Below are positions 1-9,807 of a DNA stretch of 64,000 nt, piece by piece; the first letter of the stretch is position 1; the number at the start of each line of letters is the position of its first letter. The stretch lies in the IMG/VR virus record IMGVR_UViG_3300042301_004349, positions 107,172 to 171,171 of that record; one strand, given 5' to 3'. Source of the DNA: a virus. The translations under genes were made by a program, and so were the position numbers. The notes below the pieces were generated by a model. It did not search any database. It was not told the DNA's origin and saw only the letters and a program-made list of their open reading frames with translations.

Positions 1-639
1 TGTAATATCTAATTCAGTTACTAATCCTGTTAATCCAGCACCATTACCTACGAATGAACCACTGAATGAACCACTAACTGAAGTAAATACACCTTGTTGT
101 GCATAAATTGTTCTCCAACGTTTGCTGTTTGTACCTAAATCAAAAGCAATATCAACATCTGGTATAATAGATGAGCTGATGTCTGCGCCAAAAGTTACAA
201 AATCTGTATTAGCGTCACCAACTGTAATATTACCACCTAAAGTAATGTTACCATCAATTGTTGCGTTTCCACTTAAATATAAGTTAGAACCTGTAATTAT
301 ACCTGTAGTAATACTTAAAGGATTAATTGCGCTTCCACTTACAGCACCTGCTAAATCTAAACGAGTATTACCAGCTGCTTTTAAAATGTAAAGATTCTTA
401 TCTGTAGAATTATAGAAAGAAACACCTTCTAATTGACTGTAACTAGAGATATCTGGTGCAGAAGAACCATAGTATAATTGAGGAACTGCTTTGTATGAGG
501 TTGAATCTCCTACAAATAATACAGGACCTACTAAATTACCTATCGAGCCTGTACCTAATATAATTTCACCAGCATTAACAGGTGAAAGGGTACCGACGTT
601 GGCTATCGAACCGCGACGGTGTTTAATTATTTGGGCCAT
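1..639 (-). CDS. Tail fibre/virion structural protein, N-terminal part (runs off the window; not in ORF track)
   Basis: ATG at 639 reads MAQIIKHRRGSIANVGTL... and stays open to base 1. G/S/T-rich with a fibre-like FDLGTNSKRWRTIY segment. Late motif at 676-684. Confidence 0.7.
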   Translation of the reverse strand, partial: MAQIIKHRRGSIANVGTLSPVNAGEIILGTGSIGNLVGPVLFVGDSTSYKAVPQLYYGSSAPDISSYSQLEGVSFYNSTDKNLYILKAAGNTRLDLAGAVSGSAINPLSITTGIITGSNLYLSGNATIDGNITLGGNITVGDANTDFVTFGADISSSIIPDVDIAFDLGTNSKRWRTIYAQQGVFTSVSGSFSGSFVGNGAGLTGLVTELDIT

Positions 640-688
640 ACTTTTTATTTATAATTTAATGGAATTATGTCTATTAATAAATATTAAG

Positions 689-949
689 TTAGAACGTACC
701 CAAATCAACTGATTGTGGAGTTGTTTCGTCTCCTAAAGTATCTATGTTGTCTATTGTTAGAGAAGCCGAGGATACACCAGGCATATCATGAATTACAGCA
801 TCTCCATACACGGTTATTGCGGGGATTGATGATGTTTGTTGATAGAAGGTTGAGGATCCACTAACTACAGTTAAATCACCTTCTATTACTAATCCACTAC
901 CTGATAGGCTTAATGGGGATAATATTTGTTCTAATCTAATTCGTGCCAT
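689..949 (-). CDS. Hypothetical virion protein
   Basis: 86-aa ORF packed within the structural operon. Confidence 0.55.
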   Translation of the reverse strand: MARIRLEQILSPLSLSGSGLVIEGDLTVVSGSSTFYQQTSSIPAITVYGDAVIHDMPGVSSASLTIDNIDTLGDETTPQSVDLGTF

Positions 950-950
950 T

Positions 951-2183
951 TTATGTTACTTTACCTACTACTATAATGGTATCAGTTGAAACTAATGTAT
1001 ACCCTAATATTGAAGGATTAATTGTTAATATTGAATTAGCACCAACGTCTACAAACGATACAATTGCTTGGTGTGGTATATAAAGACCATTTGCTGTAAA
1101 TGTAAAGTTTGCTAATGTTGGGTTTGGTATAAGTGACCCTTCTGGTGGGTTTAGTATACTTACTCCAACAAATGTTGCTGTGTTTGATGTTACAGTTGTA
1201 GCTGTTCTTGTGTTATTTGTTTGTAAATATTCAAGATCACTAGCTGCTGTATCTGTAATAGTAACATTGGTAGAACCTTCAACAAATGATGTACCACCAC
1301 CTATATTTGGTCTAATACCAATTGTTTGTACTTCTTCAGCATCACCTGTTGTTGTTTCTAAACCAAATACTATTTGAGATTTAGAATAAAACATATCACT
1401 GTTTGCTAATTCTTTATTAATAGAATCAGGAATTATATATCCATTTAATGTAATACTAAATGTTGTTTTTGCAATTCTATCATTATCTGATTCTACTGCT
1501 ACTGTTGTTGCAAATGAATCAATTCTAGATCTAAATTGAAAACGTTTTGGATCACCCCAATATGAATCAGAAGCAAATTGTATTGCTTCAACAATTTTAT
1601 TATTTTGTTCTACATAGTTTGTAAATATAATACATTCATATGTTACAGTAACATAATCAGGTACTACAGATACATAAAATTGAGATGATGGGATTTTATT
1701 TGTTAATATTGAGAATTTATCATAATGGTTTTTAGCATTGTATTTTGTTTCAAACACTTGAAATAAATGAGCTTTGTTACCATCTATTTTATTGCCTAAA
1801 GTTCTATTTTTTTCAACATTATTACGTCTAAATACTATAATAGGGACTCTAACCTTATTATTTGAATCTCTTAAAAATCCGTCTTGTTGTATTGATTTCC
1901 ATCTTTCAGGAGAACCATATATTATAGGAACATTAATCATTTCCCCATCTTGGAATACTTGGGGTTTAATAGTGTTGTTAAAATAATATATAATAGCTGC
2001 GTCTAAATCTTGTAAACCAACAGAAAAATCTTTTATTTTATCGTTTTTACGAGAAATTTCTCTAGCACGATTTTGAGTAAAAGAAGTAGTAGAAACTGGC
2101 TTGCCTATTGATTTATCATAGGCTTCTATTTGTGACTGTGCAGCCTCAAATGGTTTTGTTGTTTCTATTGATCTTTTTCTCAT
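951..2183 (-). CDS. Tail terminator / sheath stabiliser (T4 gp15-like) with C-terminal extension
   Basis: VPIIYGSPERW...VPIIVFRR and VPDYVTVTYE segments; follows the gp13/gp14-like genes. Confidence 0.55.
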   Translation of the reverse strand: MRKRSIETTKPFEAAQSQIEAYDKSIGKPVSTTSFTQNRAREISRKNDKIKDFSVGLQDLDAAIIYYFNNTIKPQVFQDGEMINVPIIYGSPERWKSIQQDGFLRDSNNKVRVPIIVFRRNNVEKNRTLGNKIDGNKAHLFQVFETKYNAKNHYDKFSILTNKIPSSQFYVSVVPDYVTVTYECIIFTNYVEQNNKIVEAIQFASDSYWGDPKRFQFRSRIDSFATTVAVESDNDRIAKTTFSITLNGYIIPDSINKELANSDMFYSKSQIVFGLETTTGDAEEVQTIGIRPNIGGGTSFVEGSTNVTITDTAASDLEYLQTNNTRTATTVTSNTATFVGVSILNPPEGSLIPNPTLANFTFTANGLYIPHQAIVSFVDVGANSILTINPSILGYTLVSTDTIIVVGKVT

Positions 2184-2536
2184 TATATTCTACCTTGCTT
2201 TTCTAAAGCCATTAATTTATCTAAAGCATTCATTGCTCTAAATAATTGGTTGTATAGTTTACTAATTTCTTTTGCTGTAGAAGCAATATCTGGATTTGTG
2301 GAGAAAGTGAATACATCAAATTCTCTTTTATTTTGAATGATGGTTCTCTTAATATTATCAATTTTAGGTAGATTAATTACTTGAGAAGCAGACATTTCAG
2401 GACGATTTGGGTCCTGAGGTAATGGGACTAAAAGTCTACCTGTTTTATATAATTCTCTTTTTTGCTCAGGAGATAAATCTGAAATAGAAACTTCAGGACT
2501 TCCCATGATTTCGTCTAATATATCTGTTAATTTCAT
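2183..2536 (-). CDS. Hypothetical protein, putative head cargo
   Basis: N-terminus MKLTDILDE matches the motif shared by several ORFs here. Confidence 0.55.
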   Translation of the reverse strand: MKLTDILDEIMGSPEVSISDLSPEQKRELYKTGRLLVPLPQDPNRPEMSASQVINLPKIDNIKRTIIQNKREFDVFTFSTNPDIASTAKEISKLYNQLFRAMNALDKLMALEKQGRI

Positions 2537-2538
2537 AA

Positions 2539-2877
2539 TTAATATTGTCCTATTTTTTCAATTGTTTGTAATCTAGGAATAAATTGTAATAAACCGTCTA
2601 CTTTATGAGTAGTTGATGAAGCTATTTTAATTTTTTGAATATCTTCTTCTGGTGTTGTTGATACAATGTATTTAAGTTTTAGTAAAGCAAATTCAGCTAC
2701 ATTAGTTGCTTTTGCGTCTAAAAAATCACTTTGTTGTACAGTTACAACCACAACTCCAGGAAGAGCTCTAATCTCATTATAAATCAATACTTGATTATAA
2801 TTTGAATTAGTTTTTATCAATACTTCTATTCGGTATATAGATAAAATCTCGTTTAATATATTTTCTAGTTTCATCAT
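2539..2877 (-). CDS. Hypothetical protein, putative head cargo (start corrected)
   Basis: ATGA overlap with the upstream stop; begins MMKLENILNE. Confidence 0.55.
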   Translation of the reverse strand: MMKLENILNEILSIYRIEVLIKTNSNYNQVLIYNEIRALPGVVVVTVQQSDFLDAKATNVAEFALLKLKYIVSTTPEEDIQKIKIASSTTHKVDGLLQFIPRLQTIEKIGQY

Positions 2878-3467
2878 GATTCTAATATATTTAATCTTGT
2901 CATTCTTGTTAGAGAACAAGTCAAGATATATATAATAAGGTTACCAGTTGCATTTGCCGATTGAGCTGATATAGGAGTTCCAGCAGCTGTATAAAACTGA
3001 GCATCTGTTGATGTTACCTCATAATATCTGTCTCTATCAACTACTATATCTCCAACCTCTGGTGTGAAATTGAATTGTTCAACTGTTAATTTTGGTATAC
3101 TTATTGTAATGTTTTGAGTAGGGTCGGAACCATATTCAGCATCTACATAAGATAAAGCAGTTCTTTCAATTAAACACTTTATTTCCATTGGAGGATAATA
3201 CCACTTCTCCATTGACTCACCATACATATTAGCTACTGTATTATCTAGGTCACATTTAAAGTATCCTACTTTCATACCAGCAAAATTAATTGCTTGTTGA
3301 ACAGTAGCTGCTGCCTGTCCACTAGGACCAGGAGATGGAGTTGGTGGTGCTGGTGGTGGAGTCGGTGTGGTAGGAGCAGGAGAGCCTATTCCACCTCCCC
3401 TTGGTGGGGGAGCAACAATAGGAGCCTGTGAAACTGTTCCTCCTTCTTTTATAATTCCTTTAGCCAT
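2874..3467 (-). CDS. Head closure / neck protein (T4 gp14-like) with Pro-rich N-terminus
   Basis: NMYGESMEKWYYPP and PEVGDIV motifs; immediately downstream of the gp13-like gene. Confidence 0.55.
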   Translation of the reverse strand: MAKGIIKEGGTVSQAPIVAPPPRGGGIGSPAPTTPTPPPAPPTPSPGPSGQAAATVQQAINFAGMKVGYFKCDLDNTVANMYGESMEKWYYPPMEIKCLIERTALSYVDAEYGSDPTQNITISIPKLTVEQFNFTPEVGDIVVDRDRYYEVTSTDAQFYTAAGTPISAQSANATGNLIIYILTCSLTRMTRLNILES

Positions 3468-5464
3468 TATTTAATATAAATTGGTAATGGAATAGATGCT
3501 AAAGTATCTTTTAAGAATCCAGCTTCTTGTTGTTTTCTTTCAAGTTGACTCTTACGAGAAACTTCATTTAGCATCTCTTTTAATTCCAAAATTAAATCTT
3601 CTTTTTCTTTTCTAGCATCTGTAATCAATTCAGAACCATTTATTGGTCCTATACCTTGAATACTTGTAGAAGAATATTGAATACGAATATGTGCTTCAAC
3701 TTCCCTAGCTAATGCTAAAGTATATTTAAATATCCACATTCTACCAACAGTATTAATGTTCATATATACAGGATTTCTATAAGGAACATTCATTACATCA
3801 GTAACAACGTTCTTTCTTCTATCTCTTAATATAGAATTTTTATTACTCTTTTTAACATATTCAAAGAATAAGTTTAAATCGATAGAAGGTCTTGGGAATA
3901 TTCTTAATTTATTATTTTGTAATTCAAATGAATAACCAGCACGTCTGATAGTGTCATTTAATTCAATTGATTGAATCTTTTGTAAGTCAAAATTCATAGG
4001 CATTAGCAAAAAGTTAATACCAGGGGAGAATTGACCAAATCCAAATGTTTCAAGTAATGATTGAACACCAGTACCTGTGCCTGCATATGGGTCAAAATAT
4101 CTAGCGATTGCTGGAGGTTGTTCATGATATACTCTTCGAACCTCAATTGTATCTCCAAGTTCTAATGACTCTGATACAGCAGCCCATTCATTTAAATCAT
4201 AATCCTGTTCACCAGGAATTAATTTCAAACTACCTTTTTTAATATCATAATTTCCACCAACACTTGCTTCAGCTCCATAACCATCAGCAATAACTGATGT
4301 TATTGTTGTTAAGTTGTTGCTTAATACTTTATCATTAAATGTATCAACAGTTGTTTGAATATAAACTGTTGGGATAGTACCATTTGATCCTGTAAATCTT
4401 GCTCCATTACCTGCAATATTAGGTGTTGTAGTAAAGAAATAGATATGAGAATAACCTTCAGGTATACTATAATTAGATCCTGAAGTTACTCCTGTGAATT
4501 GAGCACTAGTTCCATTAATTCTAAAATTAGTAATATTAGAATATGATAATGAAGAAGAAATATTTAAAGTTGTTGCAGGAGAACCTGTAACAAATGTCAT
4601 AGGTGTACCAAATGAAGCAGAAGATACTGCAGTTAATTTAGCTGCTATATTTGCTGCTGTTAATGCTGCTGTACTTCCAGTTACAATATAAAAATTAGTA
4701 TCTGTATCAACCCCTGTATCATCTCCTACATAGAAATTAGTAATTGTATTGTTACTACCTGTAACAACAAATGATGTTGAACCTGATGTAATACTAACAC
4801 TAGCTGCATTCCATGATGAAGTAGCAGCATTATAATATGGTGTAACAACAGTTGCACCACCCGTTCTATTAAATTGATTATACACAAACTGGCTCAAATC
4901 CATTACAAGATTACCTGGTCCTGTGTATGTTGGATCAACAAATCCAGATCCCAAAGTAAATGAGTTGATATAGCTAAAGTCAGGCGCGATAAAATCGTTG
5001 ATAGAGGCGGAAATAACCCAGATCTCATTATCTACGATAGACGCTGAATAAGACTGATTAAAGTTTACTTCAGCCCAATTCGCTGGTCTTGGAGCAGACC
5101 AACTAACAGGAGAACCAATATCATCACTTAATATATGAGTATAACCTATATTTGAAAATGGAGAGGTTTCTGAGCCTTCCATGTTGATATAGTTGTCTCT
5201 AATTTTATATTGGTAAACTAAGTTACCATATGTAGTAACTGCTTCTTCAAAAGCAGCATATATAGTTAAATCGCTAATGTTTAATGTTGACAAACCTATA
5301 CCTGTACCTAAACGTTGAGCAACGTACTTAGCAGCATTCTTAGCATCACGTAAGAATTCAGGATCATCAGTATAATATTCAAAGGGGCAATTGCCCTTTA
5401 CATTTGAAAGATATGATACATCACCATTGTAATTATCATATAGTTGCATTAAGTTAATCGCCAT
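3467..5464 (-). CDS. Neck / head-tail adaptor (T4 gp13-like) with large internal insertion
   Basis: YVAQRLG...FEEAV N-terminus and WIFKYTLALAREV...INGSELI...PLPIYI C-terminus. Confidence 0.65.
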   Translation of the reverse strand: MAINLMQLYDNYNGDVSYLSNVKGNCPFEYYTDDPEFLRDAKNAAKYVAQRLGTGIGLSTLNISDLTIYAAFEEAVTTYGNLVYQYKIRDNYINMEGSETSPFSNIGYTHILSDDIGSPVSWSAPRPANWAEVNFNQSYSASIVDNEIWVISASINDFIAPDFSYINSFTLGSGFVDPTYTGPGNLVMDLSQFVYNQFNRTGGATVVTPYYNAATSSWNAASVSITSGSTSFVVTGSNNTITNFYVGDDTGVDTDTNFYIVTGSTAALTAANIAAKLTAVSSASFGTPMTFVTGSPATTLNISSSLSYSNITNFRINGTSAQFTGVTSGSNYSIPEGYSHIYFFTTTPNIAGNGARFTGSNGTIPTVYIQTTVDTFNDKVLSNNLTTITSVIADGYGAEASVGGNYDIKKGSLKLIPGEQDYDLNEWAAVSESLELGDTIEVRRVYHEQPPAIARYFDPYAGTGTGVQSLLETFGFGQFSPGINFLLMPMNFDLQKIQSIELNDTIRRAGYSFELQNNKLRIFPRPSIDLNLFFEYVKKSNKNSILRDRRKNVVTDVMNVPYRNPVYMNINTVGRMWIFKYTLALAREVEAHIRIQYSSTSIQGIGPINGSELITDARKEKEDLILELKEMLNEVSRKSQLERKQQEAGFLKDTLASIPLPIYIK

Positions 5465-5502
5465 TATTCACTAGTATTTGTCATGTATAAATATTGAATA
5501 TA

Positions 5503-6171
5503 TTATTTCCCATATTCATAATCCAATATCTTACCAACTAGGTCCGATCTATGGTTAGTTGCTAATTTAATCCACTGAATTTCTTCAATTTTTTTAGATA
5601 ATTCAATGACATACAACAATCCATTTAATTCACCTGTTGGATTTTTAATATCAGTTTGTTCATTATCCCCATTAATTACTATCTTACCATTTTTACCTAA
5701 ACGTGTTAATATAGCTAACATTTCACCTTTAGTTAGATTTTGAGCTTCTTCAACAATTAAAATATCATCAATTGTTTTACCACGAATGAATTGAACAGGT
5801 AATGCTTTAATTTTTTCTTCTTGTACTAACTTCGCAACCTCATTTTTATCAGAACAACATTTAGATAGGTTTTCTAACAACGCTTCCATATATGGATCAA
5901 ATTTTTCACTTAAGGCTCCTGGTAGGAATCCTAAACTTTTGCCTACTTCAACAGCAGCACGTGTATTGTATATACAATCTATTTGTTTTCTTTTAAGGAA
6001 ATCTAATGCTGCTTGTGCACATACTAATGATTTACCACTTCCTGCTCTACCTGTTATTATAACAATTTGGTTTTCTACTATTAATCGTTTTGCTTCTTTT
6101 TGTTCTTCATTTAATTGAACTGCGTTAATTGATTTAATTTCACTTTTGCGTTCGCGATTAGGTTCTCTCAT
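5503..6171 (-). CDS. phoH: PhoH-family ATPase
   Basis: GRAGSGKS Walker A, LGFLPG, FIRGKT, EEAQN, TRLG and GDNEQTD motifs; likely start is ATG 6171. Confidence 0.93.
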   Translation of the reverse strand: MREPNRERKSEIKSINAVQLNEEQKEAKRLIVENQIVIITGRAGSGKSLVCAQAALDFLKRKQIDCIYNTRAAVEVGKSLGFLPGALSEKFDPYMEALLENLSKCCSDKNEVAKLVQEEKIKALPVQFIRGKTIDDILIVEEAQNLTKGEMLAILTRLGKNGKIVINGDNEQTDIKNPTGELNGLLYVIELSKKIEEIQWIKLATNHRSDLVGKILDYEYGK

Positions 6172-6206
6172 ATGTAACGGTTGTTTAATTTCCAATAAAT
6201 ATTAAC

Positions 6207-6236
6207 AAAAAAAGCCCGACCTTACGGGGTCGGGCT
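6207..6236 (-). terminator. Rho-independent terminator after the capsid gene
   Basis: AGCCCGACC/GGTCGGGCT stem followed by T7 on the minus strand. Confidence 0.9.
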
Positions 6237-6279
6237 ATTTAGAACTATAATACTGAGATTATAGTGGGGCTAGTTTAGA

Positions 6280-7875
6280 TTAAACTGTTTCTAAACCGTG
6301 TACAATCACTTTACCATAGAATTCAGGACGAACCATTTTCTTAGCGTAACGAGTCATCAAACCTTTACGTGGAGTAAATGTTGTTGGATCGTATACTAAT
6401 GGAGTCATCATTACTGGGATATATGGAGCGAATACAGCACCTGTTTCCAAGAACTGAGCACCTTTGTAACCCATCAAGATGATGTTTTCAGTGAAGTAAG
6501 GGTTTTTGTAAACTTTGTAACGGCTGTTTAAAGAACCGATCTTTTGGATACCGAAGTTGAATTCAGCTTTATCACCATCACCATCAGAAGCAAATCCTGG
6601 GATTGATTCTAAGATAGTAGCTACAGTTGGAGATACTACTAAGAAGTTAGCACCACCACGTAATGTTAATTGGTGAATCTTGTTAGAAACTTTCTGTAAT
6701 TTAGTTCCTAAAGTTTGGAACCAACCACCTTGAGTGTTGAAGAAAGTGTTTGTTAAAGCAGCGAAAGAGCTACCGTTCCAAGCCACGTTGTTCTGAGCTG
6801 ACCAATATTCAGTTGTAGAAGTTGGTACGTTCTTAATCAACATTTCTAAGATTTCTAAATCGATTTCCATAGAGATGTACTGGCTCATTAAGCTAGTTAA
6901 TTCAGCTTCAGCATCGATTGAATGGTAAGCATTCAAATCCTGAGCGAATTCTGGAGTCCATTGTGCTTTTAACTTACGAGTCTTAGCAACAACTGCTTCA
7001 GACTTCATGTTAACATCCAATGAAGGGATAACGATTTGAGAAGCGCTATTAGCGTTAGGAACGCTATAATCAGCTCTATCTTCGAAATCACCACGAGCGT
7101 TATCACGGTTAGCTTTGTTGAAGAACAATACTACGTTTTCTTTAGCACCACCGTCTACTACGTAAACGATATCGCTACCTACAACTTTAGTGTACTGAGG
7201 TAATACTTTAGATTCGTCAGCAGTAGAACCACTAATGAAAGTACCACGAACAGCTTCAACATCTAAATCTGTAATACCAGCAGCACCAGTAACAGTTACT
7301 TTTTTCAAAGTAGTTAAAGATACTGTTGTATCATAATTAACATCAGCTAAAGTAGCAGAAGCAGTAGCAACTGAAGCAGAAGCAAATGATTGAGAGAATT
7401 GGTTGATTGAATAACCAAATTTACCAACACCATACAAACCTTTTGCTGTATCAGTTGATTTTAAATCAGTAGAAGCACCATATAAAGATCCTTCAAATGC
7501 TTTCTTATCTGTACCATATTTGAAGTCAAGATAGAAAATAAGACCTGAAGGTAAGCTCATAGATTGAACTGAAACGAATTCTTTAGCGCTGATATCACCG
7601 AATACACGACGAACTAACGGTAAAGCAACTCCAGCCCAGTTCTCACCGAAACCAGCACCGAAAGTAGCTGCACCACCACCTAAACCAGTGTTGTTGCTTT
7701 CTACTACTAATTGCTTAGCTTGGTTTTCTAACAAGATAGCCATGTTGTTCTTCTCGATTTCATTCTTAAGACCTTCTAAAAGGCCAGACTTAGTCCACTT
7801 AGAAACTAAGGTATTAGCTGTATCCATTACACGAGCGTAAGGATTAGCTGATTCTAATAATTGTTGAATTTCCAT
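6280..7875 (-). CDS. gp23: Major capsid protein (T4 gp23-like)
   Basis: LPLVRRVF, VQSMSLPSGLIFYL, AKTRKLKAQWTPEFAQDL, APYIP and GLMTRYA motifs. Confidence 0.95.
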   Translation of the reverse strand: MEIQQLLESANPYARVMDTANTLVSKWTKSGLLEGLKNEIEKNNMAILLENQAKQLVVESNNTGLGGGAATFGAGFGENWAGVALPLVRRVFGDISAKEFVSVQSMSLPSGLIFYLDFKYGTDKKAFEGSLYGASTDLKSTDTAKGLYGVGKFGYSINQFSQSFASASVATASATLADVNYDTTVSLTTLKKVTVTGAAGITDLDVEAVRGTFISGSTADESKVLPQYTKVVGSDIVYVVDGGAKENVVLFFNKANRDNARGDFEDRADYSVPNANSASQIVIPSLDVNMKSEAVVAKTRKLKAQWTPEFAQDLNAYHSIDAEAELTSLMSQYISMEIDLEILEMLIKNVPTSTTEYWSAQNNVAWNGSSFAALTNTFFNTQGGWFQTLGTKLQKVSNKIHQLTLRGGANFLVVSPTVATILESIPGFASDGDGDKAEFNFGIQKIGSLNSRYKVYKNPYFTENIILMGYKGAQFLETGAVFAPYIPVMMTPLVYDPTTFTPRKGLMTRYAKKMVRPEFYGKVIVHGLETV

Positions 7876-7901
7876 TTTTAAATGAATTTTTGTTTTTAAT
7901 T

Positions 7902-9053
7902 TTAATACTTTGTTATACCTGCTAACTTTTGGAATCTAGAAATTTGTTCGTTTGTTTCAACGATTTGTTTGCTAGGTGAATTGCCAGCTGGTTTTGAAGC
8001 GAATCCTTTAATGATTCCTTCTTTTACCATACCTTTTGAAGTTTCTTTAGCTTCTAAAGACTCGTTAAGAGCTTCAAATACTAATTTAGCTTCGTTTGGT
8101 GTAGTTGCTTTGTCAAAAGCGTTAATTACTTTAATTTTGTTGTCTTCAGATAAATTTTTAGCTTTGAAAATCTTGTTAACATACAATAACTTAGCGTTCA
8201 ATAAGTTAACTTCATTCAATTCATTACGTAAAGTTTTGATTGTAGCAACTGCTTCATCCAATTCTTTTTCGTCTTTTTTAGCTTTCTTAGCTTCATCTAC
8301 TACATCTTCATTTGCTTCGTTTGTATCTAAAGCATCTAATTCAGCTAATAGTTCTTCTAAGTTGATTTCGTCTTCTGCCATTTCTGGTTCAGCACCATCC
8401 ATTTCAACTTCATCATCCATCATTTCTTCTTCACCTTCAGCTTCGCCGCCTTCTAATTCAGAATCTACGATGTCTTTGATAATGTCTTTTAAATCTTCGA
8501 TGGTTAAATCAGCTACTGACATTTCTTCTTCAGGCATTTCTTCAGTCTCTTCTTCAGTTTCTTCTTGACCTTCGTTTCTGGCACTGAAATCAGATCCAGA
8601 ATGTGTACCCATTTTTGAGGTACCAGCAGCTGCTAATTTTTCTAATTCAGCATACGCTTTCTTAGCCATAGGTCCACCTTTTTTAATAAGAGATTTAATA
8701 CCGTTGATGATAACTTCTAAACCAGCACCGGCTGCATTAGATGGATCATATCCACCACTTGCTCCAGTTACTTCGTCAATCTCTTCATCAGAACCTTCTT
8801 CAAGTTCTAATTCAGCTAAAAACTCGTCTAAATTCAACTCTTCTTCCATGTTTTCTTCATAGGAAGGAGCTACTTCATCGATTTCTTCTTTACCTTCGTC
8901 ATCTTTTGCCATTTCTTCTAACTTAGAAGCTAACATAGACTGTAGATGAGGAGTTAAAGTTTCTTCAAGAGCAGCTTTTGCATTAACTAACGCAGCTTCG
9001 CGAATAGTTTTTGCTTCAGCAATTGCTTGCTTAAATAATTCTTTGTTTGTCAT
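7902..9053 (-). CDS. Prohead core / scaffold protein
   Basis: Very acidic coiled-coil protein between protease and capsid genes, with many LxE sites. Confidence 0.75.
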   Translation of the reverse strand: MTNKELFKQAIAEAKTIREAALVNAKAALEETLTPHLQSMLASKLEEMAKDDEGKEEIDEVAPSYEENMEEELNLDEFLAELELEEGSDEEIDEVTGASGGYDPSNAAGAGLEVIINGIKSLIKKGGPMAKKAYAELEKLAAAGTSKMGTHSGSDFSARNEGQEETEEETEEMPEEEMSVADLTIEDLKDIIKDIVDSELEGGEAEGEEEMMDDEVEMDGAEPEMAEDEINLEELLAELDALDTNEANEDVVDEAKKAKKDEKELDEAVATIKTLRNELNEVNLLNAKLLYVNKIFKAKNLSEDNKIKVINAFDKATTPNEAKLVFEALNESLEAKETSKGMVKEGIIKGFASKPAGNSPSKQIVETNEQISRFQKLAGITKY

Positions 9054-9132
9054 TTGTCCTTAAATTTTTTTCGGAAATAAGCTTATTAGAGGGGAAGCTT
9101 AATAGAGGGTTGTATAATACCTGAACTACAAT

Positions 9133-9164
9133 AAAAAATGGGTAGTCCATTTTAGGCTACCCAT
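9133..9164 (-). terminator. Terminator-like hairpin overlapping the late motif
   Basis: ATGGGTAG/CTACCCAT stem plus T-run. Confidence 0.6.
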
Positions 9165-9196
9165 AAATATATGTAGATACGAAAAACCGTGAACTG

Positions 9197-9805
9197 CTAG
9201 CAAAGAGGGCAAACGCCTGTTTGGTTGCAAATAATTTCTGTGATTAATCCGCTTACTTTACTATAATCTTTACTAACTTGTGTTGTTTTACCTTCAGATA
9301 ATGACATGTAAGCACCAGGTGTTGAAGGTACTGATACTAGATCCCAACATAATAGTTCGAAATCGTCTTGTACTTCTACTGTTTCACCCAATTGCTTAAC
9401 ACTACCCATACCACGAGATGAAATACCTAATGGAATGCCTGCTAATACAATTTCTTGTGCGATTTTACCTGATGGGGTGTTTAGTAATTCTAATTCACCC
9501 ATAACATCGTTACCTTCCCACCACACTTTAGTAATGATGTGAGAAACGTTATTTAAATTAATAATTGATGATTCTGGGTGGTCTAATTCACCTGTTGCTG
9601 TTCTAGTAGCTACCGGCCCTTTAGTATACATTTCCACTTGCTTTCTAAGAATATTCATAGGGTAAACACGTCCATTGCCGTTTTTAACTTCGGCTTCTTG
9701 TAATTTACCTTTGATACGCATTCTACTACCATTCATTTCTTTACCTTCAGATAAAGTAAGTTTGGCTACGTGGAATGGTGTATGGTCTACTAATAGTTGT
9801 TTCAT
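9197..9805 (-). CDS. gp21: Prohead protease (T4 gp21-like)
   Basis: NGNGRVYP, GELDHP, GISSRGMGS and DLVSVPS motifs. Confidence 0.93.
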   Translation of the reverse strand: MKQLLVDHTPFHVAKLTLSEGKEMNGSRMRIKGKLQEAEVKNGNGRVYPMNILRKQVEMYTKGPVATRTATGELDHPESSIINLNNVSHIITKVWWEGNDVMGELELLNTPSGKIAQEIVLAGIPLGISSRGMGSVKQLGETVEVQDDFELLCWDLVSVPSTPGAYMSLSEGKTTQVSKDYSKVSGLITEIICNQTGVCPLC

Positions 9806-9807
9806 AT

